Below are positions 48,693 through 57,707 of a DNA stretch of 64,000 bases, one piece after another. The position numbers were made by a program, and so were the translations under genes. The stretch covers positions 12,182 through 76,181 of the forward strand of contig CAIMWF010000147.1 of assembly GCA_903845055.1 (NCBI GenBank), read 5' to 3'. Position 1 is the first letter of the stretch, and every line of letters starts with the position of its first letter. A model generated the notes under the pieces. That model did not search any database. It was not told the DNA's origin and saw only the letters and a list, made by a program, of their open reading frames with translations. This DNA comes from an uncultured Bacteroidales bacterium. Lineage in GTDB: Bacteria; Bacteroidota; Bacteroidia; Bacteroidales; FEN-979.

Positions 48693-50465
48693 TTATTCTT
48701 CCACAAACGTTCCCTGGCTCTTGTCAAAATAGTGGGTGTGAAGCAGGTGGTGTGACTTCTCGCCAAGGGGCTTTCCTAAAAATTCCTTGTAGAGTTCAAT
48801 GATGAACGGGTTTTCGTGAGATTTGCGGATTGGTTTTCCTTCATCTTCGCGATAGATGGCTGCAGCGCGCTGTTTGATGATCTCTGAATCGCCATGGTGG
48901 AAGGGCTGTCCGCCGCCGCCGATGCATCCGCCGGGGCAGGCCATGATTTCGATGGCATGGAACTGGCTTTTTCCGGCCTGCACATCTTCGAGGAGTTTCC
49001 GTGCATTGCCCAGTCCATGGGCAATACCGATATTGATGGGTAAACCGTCGAAGTCGATGGTTGCGTGACGGATATTCTCCAGTCCGCGCAACTCTTTGAA
49101 TTCAACGTGTTCAAGTTTTTTACCTGTGTATAGTTCGTAGGCGGTGCGGCAGGCAGCTTCGATCACCCCGCCGGTATTTGCAAATATCACGGCAGCACCT
49201 GTTGAGGCGCCGAGCGGGTTGTCAAAGTCCTCATCAGGCAGGCTGTTGAAATCAATATTGGCCGATTTGATCAGGTGGGCAAGCTCGCGGGTCGACAATG
49301 AATAGTTGACATCGGGGTCGCCGTCAACTTTGAACTCGTCGCGCTGGCATTCATATTTTTTGGCCAGGCAGGGCATGATCGAAACCACGATCATGTTCTT
49401 CCGGTCGATGCCGAGTTTTTTCCCGAAATATTCCTTGGCTATTGGCCCGAACATTTGCTGCGGCGATTTTGCCGTTGACGGAACATCCATCAGGTCGGGA
49501 AAATTGTGTTCAAAGAAATTCACCCAGCCCGGGCAGCAGCTTGTCAGGATGGGAAGTTTCACATCCTTGTCACCCTTGAGATAACGGGTAAGGCGGTCGA
49601 GTAATTCGCTTCCTTCTTCCATGATGGTCAGGTCGGCAGCAAAATCGGTGTCGAACACGTAGTTAAAGCCCAGTCGTCTGAGTGCTGCAACCATCTTACC
49701 CGTTACAAGAGTGCCTGGTGCGAGGCCAAATTCTTCTCCAAGGGCGGCGCGGACGGCAGGTGCTGTTTGGACAACAACCGTTTTCGTAGGATCTGCGAGT
49801 GAATTAATCACATTGCGCGAGTGGTCAACTTCAGTCAGGGCACCGGTAGGACAAACAGATACACATTGTCCGCAGTAAGTACAGGGAGATTTCTCGAGAT
49901 TCATTTCGAATGCCGGAGCTACCACTGCCATGAACCCTCTGTTGACGGCAGAAAGCGCACCTACCGTCTGTACTTCATTACACATCATTTCGCACCGCCT
50001 GCACATGATGCATTTGTCAACATCGCGGATGATCGCCGGTGAGGTATCTTTCCGGTATGTTGACTGTTCACCCTGGTAGGGAATTTCGCGTACGCCAAGT
50101 TGCTGTGCCATGGTCTGGAGCTCACAACAGCCCGATTTGGCACAGGTAAGACATTCGGCAGGATGATCGGAGAGAATTAACTCCAGAACAGTACGGCGCG
50201 CGTTCAAAACCCTGATAGAGTGGGTGTTCACAACCATATCCTTGGCTACATTGGTAGAACAGGCAGGAGCGAGGTTCCGCCGGCCGGCAACTTCCACCAC
50301 ACAGATGCGGCAACCGCCGGGACGGTTTTCAATGTTCATGTCTTTGAGTTGAAAGTAGCAAAGGGTAGGTATATCTATGCCAATCGTCTTGGCAGCTTTT
50401 AAAATCGTTGTATCTTTTTCGACCTCGACAGGTTTTCCGTCGATGGTCAGTTTTACCATTTCCAT
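48693..50465 (-). CDS. hndD: [FeFe]-hydrogenase group A3 catalytic subunit (HndD/HydA)
   Basis: Start MEMVKLTIDG at 50465; QTAPAVR, ADLTIMEEG, TSCCPGW, MPCLAKKYE, EIMACPGGCIGGGGQP. Confidence 0.93.
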   Translation of the reverse strand: MEMVKLTIDGKPVEVEKDTTILKAAKTIGIDIPTLCYFQLKDMNIENRPGGCRICVVEVAGRRNLAPACSTNVAKDMVVNTHSIRVLNARRTVLELILSDHPAECLTCAKSGCCELQTMAQQLGVREIPYQGEQSTYRKDTSPAIIRDVDKCIMCRRCEMMCNEVQTVGALSAVNRGFMAVVAPAFEMNLEKSPCTYCGQCVSVCPTGALTEVDHSRNVINSLADPTKTVVVQTAPAVRAALGEEFGLAPGTLVTGKMVAALRRLGFNYVFDTDFAADLTIMEEGSELLDRLTRYLKGDKDVKLPILTSCCPGWVNFFEHNFPDLMDVPSTAKSPQQMFGPIAKEYFGKKLGIDRKNMIVVSIMPCLAKKYECQRDEFKVDGDPDVNYSLSTRELAHLIKSANIDFNSLPDEDFDNPLGASTGAAVIFANTGGVIEAACRTAYELYTGKKLEHVEFKELRGLENIRHATIDFDGLPINIGIAHGLGNARKLLEDVQAGKSQFHAIEIMACPGGCIGGGGQPFHHGDSEIIKQRAAAIYREDEGKPIRKSHENPFIIELYKEFLGKPLGEKSHHLLHTHYFDKSQGTFVEE

Positions 50466-50478
50466 GTATTCCTCCTGA

Positions 50479-52272
50479 TTATTTAATAAAAATCGCGTTG
50501 AACTTACATTTCTCCATACAGGCACCGCACTTGATGCACTTATCCTGGTCGATGACGTGGGCCTGCTTGCGCTCTCCGGCAATGGCGTCGACCGGGCAGT
50601 TGCGGGCACAAAGGGTGCACCCGATACAGTTTTCAGCGTTGATGATGTATTGCATCAGCGACTTGCAGTTGCCGGCGCGGCATTTTTTGTCGCGTACGTG
50701 TTCCAGGTATTCATGGTAAAAATTATCCATGGAGGAGAGCACCGGGTTCGGCGAGGTTTGTCCAAGGCCGCACAGCGAGGTATCCTTGATAACATAGCTG
50801 AGATTCCTCAGTTTGTCTAGGTCGTCCATGACCGCATGGCCCTGCGTTACCTTTTCGAGCAGTTCGAATAAACGTTTATTGCCGATCCTGCAGGGTGAGC
50901 ATTTGCCGCACGACTCTTCCACGGTGAATTCCAGGTAGAATTTTGCCATGCCGACCATGCAGTCGTCTTCGTCCATGACAATCATCCCGCCCGATCCCAT
51001 CATGGAGCCGGCAGCGATCAGGTTGTCATAGTCGATCGGGGTATCCAGGTCTTTTTCGGTCAGCATCCCGCCCGAAGGTCCGCCGGTCTGTACCGCCTTG
51101 AATTTCCGGTCGTTTTTAATCCCGCCGCCGATTTCAAAGATCACCTCGCGCAGAGTAATTCCCATGGGTACCTCGATGAGTCCCACGTTGTTGATCTTCC
51201 CGGCGAGGGCAAATACTTTCGTTCCTTTTGATTTTGCCGTTCCGATGCTTGCAAACCAGTCGGCACCCTTGAGGATGATGGCCGGGATGTTGGCGTAAGT
51301 TTCGACATTGTTGACATTGGTCGGCTTTCCCAGAAATCCCGATTCGGATGGGAAGGGGGGTTTTACGGTTGGTTCGCCGCGGAGCCCCTCCATGGAGTGG
51401 ATCAGCGCGGTTTCCTCACCGCAAACGAATGCTCCGGCGCCATAGCGGATCTCGATATCGAAGTTGAAACCTGTTCCCAGGATGTCGTTGCCGAGCAGCC
51501 CGTATTCCCGTGCCTGTTTCATGGCGATTTTCAGCCTCTCAACAGCCAGCGGGTATTCGGCGCGGATATAGATGACGCCCTTGTCGGCCCCCGTGCAGTA
51601 GCCATTGATGGCCATGGCCTCGAGCACCGTGTGGGGATCGCCCTCCAGCACCGAGCGGTCCATGAAGGCACCGGGGTCGCCTTCGTCGGCATTGCAGACT
51701 ACATATTTCTGATCGGCTTTGACTGCACGTGTGATCTCCCATTTGAGACCGGTCGGGAAACCGCCGCCGCCGCGCCCGCGCAGACCCGATTTCTTCAGGA
51801 TCTCAATGGTCGCTTCCGGGGTTAATTCGGTCAGGACCTTGCCCAGGGCCTGGTAGCCATCACGGGCAATATATTCGTCGATATTCTCGGGGTTGATGAA
51901 CCCGCAGTTCCGCAATGCGATCCTGATCTGTTTCTTGTAGAAACCCATATGCTTGGAATCGCTTTTGTATTCCTTTGTCTCGGGATCCTGGTACAACAGC
52001 CTGTTGACACGGCGTCCCTTAATGACATGCTCCTCGAGTATCTCGGCGCAGTCTTCAGGTTTTACCTGGGTATAGAACGTGTTGTCGGGCATCATTTTTA
52101 CAATGGGCCCCTTTTCGCAAAAACCGAAACAACCGGTCTTGATCACCTGTACTTCGGTTTCCAGTCCCTTTGACCTGATAAGATCCTGAAAATTCCTCAG
52201 GATGTCGTCGCTTTTTGAGGCATGGCAACCAGTCCCGCCGCAAACAAGCATGTGATATTTTATTTGTGTCAT
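50479..52272 (-). CDS. hndC: NuoF-like subunit (HndC/HydB), bifurcating-type motifs
   Basis: NADEGDPGAFMDR, KPPFP, GGPSGG; N-terminal 2Fe-2S and C-terminal 2x4Fe-4S. Confidence 0.93.
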   Translation of the reverse strand: MTQIKYHMLVCGGTGCHASKSDDILRNFQDLIRSKGLETEVQVIKTGCFGFCEKGPIVKMMPDNTFYTQVKPEDCAEILEEHVIKGRRVNRLLYQDPETKEYKSDSKHMGFYKKQIRIALRNCGFINPENIDEYIARDGYQALGKVLTELTPEATIEILKKSGLRGRGGGGFPTGLKWEITRAVKADQKYVVCNADEGDPGAFMDRSVLEGDPHTVLEAMAINGYCTGADKGVIYIRAEYPLAVERLKIAMKQAREYGLLGNDILGTGFNFDIEIRYGAGAFVCGEETALIHSMEGLRGEPTVKPPFPSESGFLGKPTNVNNVETYANIPAIILKGADWFASIGTAKSKGTKVFALAGKINNVGLIEVPMGITLREVIFEIGGGIKNDRKFKAVQTGGPSGGMLTEKDLDTPIDYDNLIAAGSMMGSGGMIVMDEDDCMVGMAKFYLEFTVEESCGKCSPCRIGNKRLFELLEKVTQGHAVMDDLDKLRNLSYVIKDTSLCGLGQTSPNPVLSSMDNFYHEYLEHVRDKKCRAGNCKSLMQYIINAENCIGCTLCARNCPVDAIAGERKQAHVIDQDKCIKCGACMEKCKFNAIFIK

Positions 52273-52289
52273 CTGATTAATTCCGGATT

Positions 52290-52688
52290 TTATTTGTTAT
52301 CAATCGTTTCATAGTTCACCGGGATGATCCCGTCGACCAGTTCATTGTTCAGGATGTACTTGTCGATGATCTTGCTGGCCTTTTTTACATCAACATAGCC
52401 GAAGGTGATGGGTTCGTTGCCCGGTTTTGTGATCTCTACCGTAGGTTCGGCATAGCAGTATCCCATGCACCCGGTTTGTGTGACAACTGCATCGATGTTG
52501 CGTTTCGTAAATTCTTCAATGAATACTTCCATGACCTCTTTGGCCCCGGAGGCGATCCCGCAGGTGGCCATGGCTACCTTCACCTGGATGCGCTTGTCGG
52601 GGTCATTGCTTTTTTCCCGCAAGTCGATTTTGGCACGAAGACCATCCTGCATCTTCTTCAGATCAGCCAATGATTTGATTTTTTCCAT
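52290..52688 (-). CDS. hndB: Thioredoxin-like 2Fe-2S ferredoxin subunit (HndB/HydD)
   Basis: VAMATCGIASGA, TGCMGYCYAEP. Confidence 0.9.
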   Translation of the reverse strand: MEKIKSLADLKKMQDGLRAKIDLREKSNDPDKRIQVKVAMATCGIASGAKEVMEVFIEEFTKRNIDAVVTQTGCMGYCYAEPTVEITKPGNEPITFGYVDVKKASKIIDKYILNNELVDGIIPVNYETIDNK

Positions 52689-52706
52689 ATCTGTTTTGTT
52701 ATAATT

Positions 52707-53261
52707 TTATGAAGAGGTTGTTACGCCTATATCCGATAAATTTTCCTCAATCATCTCCCGCAGGTATGGGTATACCAGCGGATCGTTCAGCTGAATCCCA
52801 CCAAGGGCCTCCAGGGCCTCCTCCGTTGAAAAACGGTAATTCTTCCCGTTTTTCGTGTGTGAATAGACAAAGCCTGTTCCGGGGTTGGCAATGACGGTGA
52901 GCAACACCGCACCGGTAACGTCGCCGAGAACCGGCCGGTCAAGGTGATCCAGTATGAACCGTACGGTAACCCTGGTGCCTTTTCCTTCCTCGCTTTCGAG
53001 GGTGAAGCTGCCACCCGTGCGTTCGGCATTCTGTTTAAGCAGTGACAGACCTAAACCTACCTTGCGCGTTGTGCGGGTCGTAAAAAACGGGTCTGTTACC
53101 TTCCTGGCCATCTCTTCTGTCATGCCCTTTCCGTTGTCGGCAAATTCAAGCTGTAATGTGTTGCCGGGAGTATTTTCCACGATGTCAAGACTTACCTGGC
53201 TTGCATCCGCGCTGATCGCGTTTTGAAAAATATCCATGATATGCATCGATAAATCTTTCAC
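52707..53261 (-). CDS. Stand-alone HATPase_c protein of hydrogenase operons
   Basis: DLSMHIMDIFQNA, DNGKGM, DPFFTTRTTRKVGLGL, HLDRP.LGD. Confidence 0.85.
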   Translation of the reverse strand: MKDLSMHIMDIFQNAISADASQVSLDIVENTPGNTLQLEFADNGKGMTEEMARKVTDPFFTTRTTRKVGLGLSLLKQNAERTGGSFTLESEEGKGTRVTVRFILDHLDRPVLGDVTGAVLLTVIANPGTGFVYSHTKNGKNYRFSTEEALEALGGIQLNDPLVYPYLREMIEENLSDIGVTTSS

Positions 53262-53281
53262 GGCAAAATTACGAATTCTTA

Positions 53282-53316
53282 TTGTTATATAATTAACTTT
53301 GTTATTAAATTAACAA
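53282..53316. promoter_or_regulatory. Tandem Rex-like operator pair at an internal promoter for the hnd genes
   Basis: TTGTTATATAATTAACTT (53282-53299) and TTGTTATTAAATTAACAA (53299-53316); minus-strand TAATTTTG at 53264-53271. Confidence 0.7.
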
Positions 53317-53317
53317 A

Positions 53318-54061
53318 TTAGTTGATGATTTTTGGATTTTTCCTCCCCTTTTCAAGGATAGTTTTCCTCAATTCACCAAACCCCGGATGTTCCATTTCAA
53401 AACAGGTTACCCGTGTTCCGATCAGCGCCGGCAAATGTGCGTCGGAACTGCTGATCAATGGGATTCCCCTGAGTTCGGGATGAAGGAGAAGGAATTGTGC
53501 AGGGCTCGTCTTTGGCGAAATTTCAAGGGCATCCACCTGCAGTCCGGCCGGCATGAATCCAAGCTGACCGTAAAGGCTGAACCTGGGCTTATCGATGTGC
53601 GCGGGGATGAAAAGGCCGCCCAGGCTGTGTACCTTTGCTTCAACCTGCCCGATGCCCTCGTCCAGGGCAGAGATCAGCAGCCGTTCCTCGGTATAGACAA
53701 TATCGTTGTGTTCATCCACGGCCACCTGGTAGCCGAACCGCTTAACATCATTCCGGATATCGGGAATATGATGGTCAAGGTAGGCCTGGAAATCATCCAG
53801 TTGCTCAAGTGTTTCAAAGAACGTGAGGCAGTGAACCTCCTCTTTGGTGGTCACCTCGGCCCCCATCAGGACGGCAATGCCGGCCTTTTCGCCCAGTTTT
53901 CTGGTAACCCGGCACTGCCGGGTTGTATTGTGGTCGGTGATCCCGATGATGTCCAGCTTCATTTCCAGGGCCCTCGCCACAATCACGTCGGGACTCATCT
54001 CCAGGTCGCCGCAGGGAGAGAGAACGGTATGTATGTGAAGATCGGCCCTGAAGGTTTTCAT
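53318..54061 (-). CDS. PHP-domain phosphoesterase
   Basis: DLHIHTVLSPC, ITDHN, EEVH, PAHID, SSDAH. Confidence 0.9.
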   Translation of the reverse strand: MKTFRADLHIHTVLSPCGDLEMSPDVIVARALEMKLDIIGITDHNTTRQCRVTRKLGEKAGIAVLMGAEVTTKEEVHCLTFFETLEQLDDFQAYLDHHIPDIRNDVKRFGYQVAVDEHNDIVYTEERLLISALDEGIGQVEAKVHSLGGLFIPAHIDKPRFSLYGQLGFMPAGLQVDALEISPKTSPAQFLLLHPELRGIPLISSSDAHLPALIGTRVTCFEMEHPGFGELRKTILEKGRKNPKIIN

Positions 54062-54396
54062 TTTTTGTGCAGCAGTTTGTAGGTTTTTCCACTGATTTCA
54101 AATGCCTCTTCATGGGTGCCCAGCACGGGAATCCCTTCGATGTTGCTCTGTTCAAGCATATCCTCTTCAGGCAGGTATCCCTTGACGATGACCACCGCCG
54201 CAAGTTCTTTGAGGGAAGCGATGGCCATGACGTTTTTATGTGTCTGGAGGGTGATCCAGATGCTGCCCGCACGGGCATGTCCCATCACATCGCTCAGCAG
54301 GTCGGAGGTATATCCGCCGGTGATTTCCTGGTCAAGACCTTTGGCCCCGCCGTAAATTTCAAGTCCCAGTTTTTCCGCAAGTTGTGAAACGTTCAT
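54058..54396 (-). CDS. DRTGG-domain protein
   Basis: GGYTSDLLSDVM, WITLQTH.N..A.A. Confidence 0.85.
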   Translation of the reverse strand: MNVSQLAEKLGLEIYGGAKGLDQEITGGYTSDLLSDVMGHARAGSIWITLQTHKNVMAIASLKELAAVVIVKGYLPEEDMLEQSNIEGIPVLGTHEEAFEISGKTYKLLHKK

Positions 54397-54409
54397 TTTT
54401 ATATATTTT

Positions 54410-55816
54410 TCAATTTATCTCATTGATCTCGTCCTTCAGGCTGTTCTTATCCAGCTTGTTTTCGCTCCAGATGGACTGCATGATCCGAACCGATTCCTGC
54501 ATATCAAGTTTTTCGTTCTGTTCCAGGATCTTCTGAACAAAAATGCATTGCTTGATGGTCGCCTGGTCCTGGACCACATCCTCCGAAAGGGATTTGCAGG
54601 TAGGTGAGCCGCAGATGCCGCAGTCGACCTGTGGGAGGACCCGGTTGAGTTCATAGATCCTTTTCATCTTGATCATGGCCTCGGCAACATTGTCATCGAG
54701 TTTCATGATCGAACGCGGGTTAATTTTCTCGATGGTGATCTGTTCGGGGCTGAGGTTGATGGTGCGGGTCACCTTTTCCTCTTCACAGGATGTCTGTGCA
54801 GGATTGGCACCGCACCTTGCCGCACGTTTCCTGAGCTTGTCGGCGGTGATAAAGCGGTTTCCCGGGCACAGGATCCCGCCGGCGCAGCTTTCGTCACAGG
54901 CGCGCAATTCGAGGAAATCGATTCCGTCGATCTCTTCATTTTCAACTTTTTCGAGAAACTCCATCACATTGTTGATCTCATCGATGGCCAGGCTTCTTCC
55001 CTGGTCCATGTGATCGGCTTCTCCGTGGGTCAGGCTCCAGCAGACCGATTTCCCCGACAGTGCGGCATAAGGGTGGTTCCCTGTTTTATCCTTTTTTTGC
55101 CGGAGGATCTTGAAAACCTTGTTATACAGGTAATTCATGTTGATCACCCCGTCGATCACCGATTTTATTTCGCCGACCGGGCTTTTTACGGCGACGATTT
55201 TAGCGGCACAGGGGGTGACATAGAAAATGCCGGTTTCGGCAGGGTCGAAACCCTGTCCGGCAAGGATTTTCCTGGTGTGGAGCGCGGTGATGTCGACGGG
55301 TGCCTTCAAAAGGATGATGTTCCCGGCCAGGGTCGGGAATTTAACCTGGATGAGGCGCACGATGGCCGGGCAGAAAGGGGAGATGAGCGGTTTGACTGTT
55401 TTGTGGGCCGTAAAATATTCCTTGAACCGTTCATTCAGGAATTCAACACCCTCCTCCACTTCGAAAACATGCGTGAATCCGAGTGTGCGAACCGCCTCGA
55501 GGATTTCACAGGTACCGACACTGTCGGGGAACTGCCCGGTGAACACAGTCGGGATCAGGGCGACCCGCGTGGTGAATTTGTAGATGTCGTCAAAATCATC
55601 CTGTTCGACGATGATGGCCCCGACCGGGCACACGCGGTAGCATTCGCCGCAGTCGACACACCAGTTGGCATGCAGCTGCGCCTTGCCGTGCTGCACACGG
55701 ATGGCTTCGGTCGGACAGATATTCATGCAATGGGAACAGCCGATGCAGATATCTTCGCGGAACTTCAGGGCATGATGGAACTGGATATTTTGTTTGCTGT
55801 CCATGGGGTTATTCAT
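54410..55816 (-). CDS. Group D-like (TamHydS/M2e-type) putative sensory [FeFe]-hydrogenase
   Basis: 2x4Fe-4S; SPFCPAIVRLIQ, TPCAAK, ELRACDESCAGG; C-terminal LPQVDCGICGSPTC..C. Confidence 0.82.
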   Translation of the reverse strand: MNNPMDSKQNIQFHHALKFREDICIGCSHCMNICPTEAIRVQHGKAQLHANWCVDCGECYRVCPVGAIIVEQDDFDDIYKFTTRVALIPTVFTGQFPDSVGTCEILEAVRTLGFTHVFEVEEGVEFLNERFKEYFTAHKTVKPLISPFCPAIVRLIQVKFPTLAGNIILLKAPVDITALHTRKILAGQGFDPAETGIFYVTPCAAKIVAVKSPVGEIKSVIDGVINMNYLYNKVFKILRQKKDKTGNHPYAALSGKSVCWSLTHGEADHMDQGRSLAIDEINNVMEFLEKVENEEIDGIDFLELRACDESCAGGILCPGNRFITADKLRKRAARCGANPAQTSCEEEKVTRTINLSPEQITIEKINPRSIMKLDDNVAEAMIKMKRIYELNRVLPQVDCGICGSPTCKSLSEDVVQDQATIKQCIFVQKILEQNEKLDMQESVRIMQSIWSENKLDKNSLKDEINEIN

Positions 55817-56225
55817 GAAAGTAGTTGGTGATCACTACCGTGGTTCCTTTGCCAACTTCGCTGGTTATCTCCAACTTATCGGCGTTGCTGTTCATGTTTG
55901 AAAGCCCCATTCCTGCGCCGAATCCCATTTCCCTCACCTCCGGCGTGGCAGTTGAATAGCCGATCTCCATGGCTTTCCGGATATCGGGAATGCCGGGACC
56001 TTCATCCGCCAGGGTGATGATGATCTTGCCCGCGTCGATGTCAACCGAGATGACGCCGCTGTAGGCATGTGCGACAATGTTCACTTCCGCTTCGTACAAT
56101 GCCACCACGGTGCGCTTGATGACGCTGCCGTCGACGTTGAGTTGCTTCAACCGCTTCTTCACCTCACTGGAGGGAAACCCGGCACGTGAAAAATTACCGC
56201 CCTCCACCTTGAACTCGAAATGCAT
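55809..56225 (-). CDS. RsbT/anti-sigma-type Ser/Thr kinase
   Basis: YEAEVNIVAHA, DEGPGIPDI, GYSTA, GFGAGMGL. ATG 56225 preferred. Confidence 0.88.
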   Translation of the reverse strand: MHFEFKVEGGNFSRAGFPSSEVKKRLKQLNVDGSVIKRTVVALYEAEVNIVAHAYSGVISVDIDAGKIIITLADEGPGIPDIRKAMEIGYSTATPEVREMGFGAGMGLSNMNSNADKLEITSEVGKGTTVVITNYFHE

Positions 56226-56241
56226 TTTTCCGGGTGTTATG

Positions 56242-56589
56242 TTAATAAACGGGTTGAATGCCCGCCTCAAAAAGAATGCCGCTTGCCTTGTACATGGAAT
56301 AGGGGCTTTGTATGATGGTAATCCTGTTTTCCCTCGCCACCGTGGTCATCTCTTCGGTGACCCGCTTGTTCCTGACGAATACGACGCAGGTAATGTCGGA
56401 CATCTCCGCCGTGCGGATGGCCTGGACGTTGACCAGCCCGGTGAGCAGCAGGAGGTTGTCGGTTTTCACGGTGAGCACGTCGCTCATCAGGTCGGAGGCA
56501 AAAGCCATGTCGACAGAGCTTTCGTTGTTTTCAATACCTGTGATGACAGATCCATCGAGCAGGGCAACCACATCTTTTATTTTCATCAT
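56242..56589 (-). CDS. DRTGG-domain protein
   Basis: AFASDLMSDVL, LLTGL.N.QAIRTAEMSD, FVRNK. Confidence 0.85.
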   Translation of the reverse strand: MMKIKDVVALLDGSVITGIENNESSVDMAFASDLMSDVLTVKTDNLLLLTGLVNVQAIRTAEMSDITCVVFVRNKRVTEEMTTVARENRITIIQSPYSMYKASGILFEAGIQPVY

Positions 56590-56674
56590 GCAATCTACTT
56601 CGTTTCGGGACCTACAAAACCATGCTGAATCCGCTGCAAATTTACAAACAACGAATATTAAATCCTAACTTTAT

Positions 56675-56709
56675 ATGTTAAATAATTCACAATGTTAATA
56701 AAATAACAC
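56675..56709. promoter_or_regulatory. Tandem Rex-like operator pair
   Basis: ATGTTAAATAATTCACAA (56675-56692) and ATGTTAATAAAATAACAC (56692-56709); minus-strand TAAATTTG at 56637-56644. Confidence 0.7.
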
Positions 56710-56926
56710 AAATTTAATATTGAATGAAAGTAATATATTGAATAATAATATTTTGTACTACATTCAGTTTCTATAAATTCTTAATAATACTTCACAGTTC
56801 CAATTAAAAATGTTGAAAGTTCATGCAATATTCTTTAAGAAATACCTACCAGGAATGGCATCAGAACGATAAAGGGTTCACCCGATGGCTTTGAGCAGGA
56901 GATGGGAGGGGGGAAGGCTACCGGCT

Positions 56927-57622
56927 TCAGGAGATGATGATCCGGAAACCATTGCCGTGGATGTTGGCAATTTCAATGGACGGGTCTGCTTTCAGGCACT
57001 TTCGCAAACGGGCGATAAAGACATCCATGCTACGGCCGTTGAAATAATTGTCGCTTCCCCAGATCTTTTCCAGGGCGTCTTTCCTCAGCAGGATCCCGTC
57101 TTTGGCAGAACAGAGCATTTTGAGCAAACTTGCCTCCTTGGGAGAGAGCTGGAGTGCTAACTTTTCATGGGTGAGCATGCGCAGGTTGTAATTGAAAAGA
57201 AACTTACCAACCCTGAATTCATTGGCTTCGGCATCGCTATCCGAACGTGCATGGTTGCGTTTAAGGATCGCGTGAAGTTTGAACAGCAAAACCTCCGAAT
57301 CGAAGGGTTTTGTGATGTAGTCATCGGCGCCCGCCCTGAATCCTTCGAGCATGTCCTCCTTGAGCGATTTGGCGGTGAGGAATATAAACGGTATTTCACT
57401 GTTTGCCTTCTTGATCTCCTTTGCAAGCGTGAAACCATCCATTTCGGGCATCATCACATCAAGGATGCAGATATGAAAGCGCTCCGCCCTGAAGGCCACC
57501 AATCCCTGTTTTCCGTCTGCTTTCAAAACTACTTCAAAATCATTCAGCTCCAGGTAAGATTTCATGATCGACCCGAAATTGGGGTCGTCTTCGACAAGCA
57601 ATATTTTAATTTTCTGATCCAT
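56927..57622 (-). CDS. OmpR-family response regulator (RprY-like)
   Basis: LVEDDPNFG, LDVMMP, FLTAK, YITKPF, WGSDNYFNGRSMDVFIARLRK. Confidence 0.92.
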   Translation of the reverse strand: MDQKIKILLVEDDPNFGSIMKSYLELNDFEVVLKADGKQGLVAFRAERFHICILDVMMPEMDGFTLAKEIKKANSEIPFIFLTAKSLKEDMLEGFRAGADDYITKPFDSEVLLFKLHAILKRNHARSDSDAEANEFRVGKFLFNYNLRMLTHEKLALQLSPKEASLLKMLCSAKDGILLRKDALEKIWGSDNYFNGRSMDVFIARLRKCLKADPSIEIANIHGNGFRIIIS

Positions 57623-57707
57623 GGTTTCAAGATTCTATCCTCAAACTTCGTTATCCGGTATTCAATATTCTTTTCAGGCATCAGGCCACCGTATCCATCC
57701 CCGGATC

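Noticed and set aside
50466-50609. N-terminal extension of HndD in the track (likewise 62436-62546 for the third HydA)
   Set aside because: Overlaps the upstream NuoF-like gene; better ATG starts lie at 50465 and 62435.
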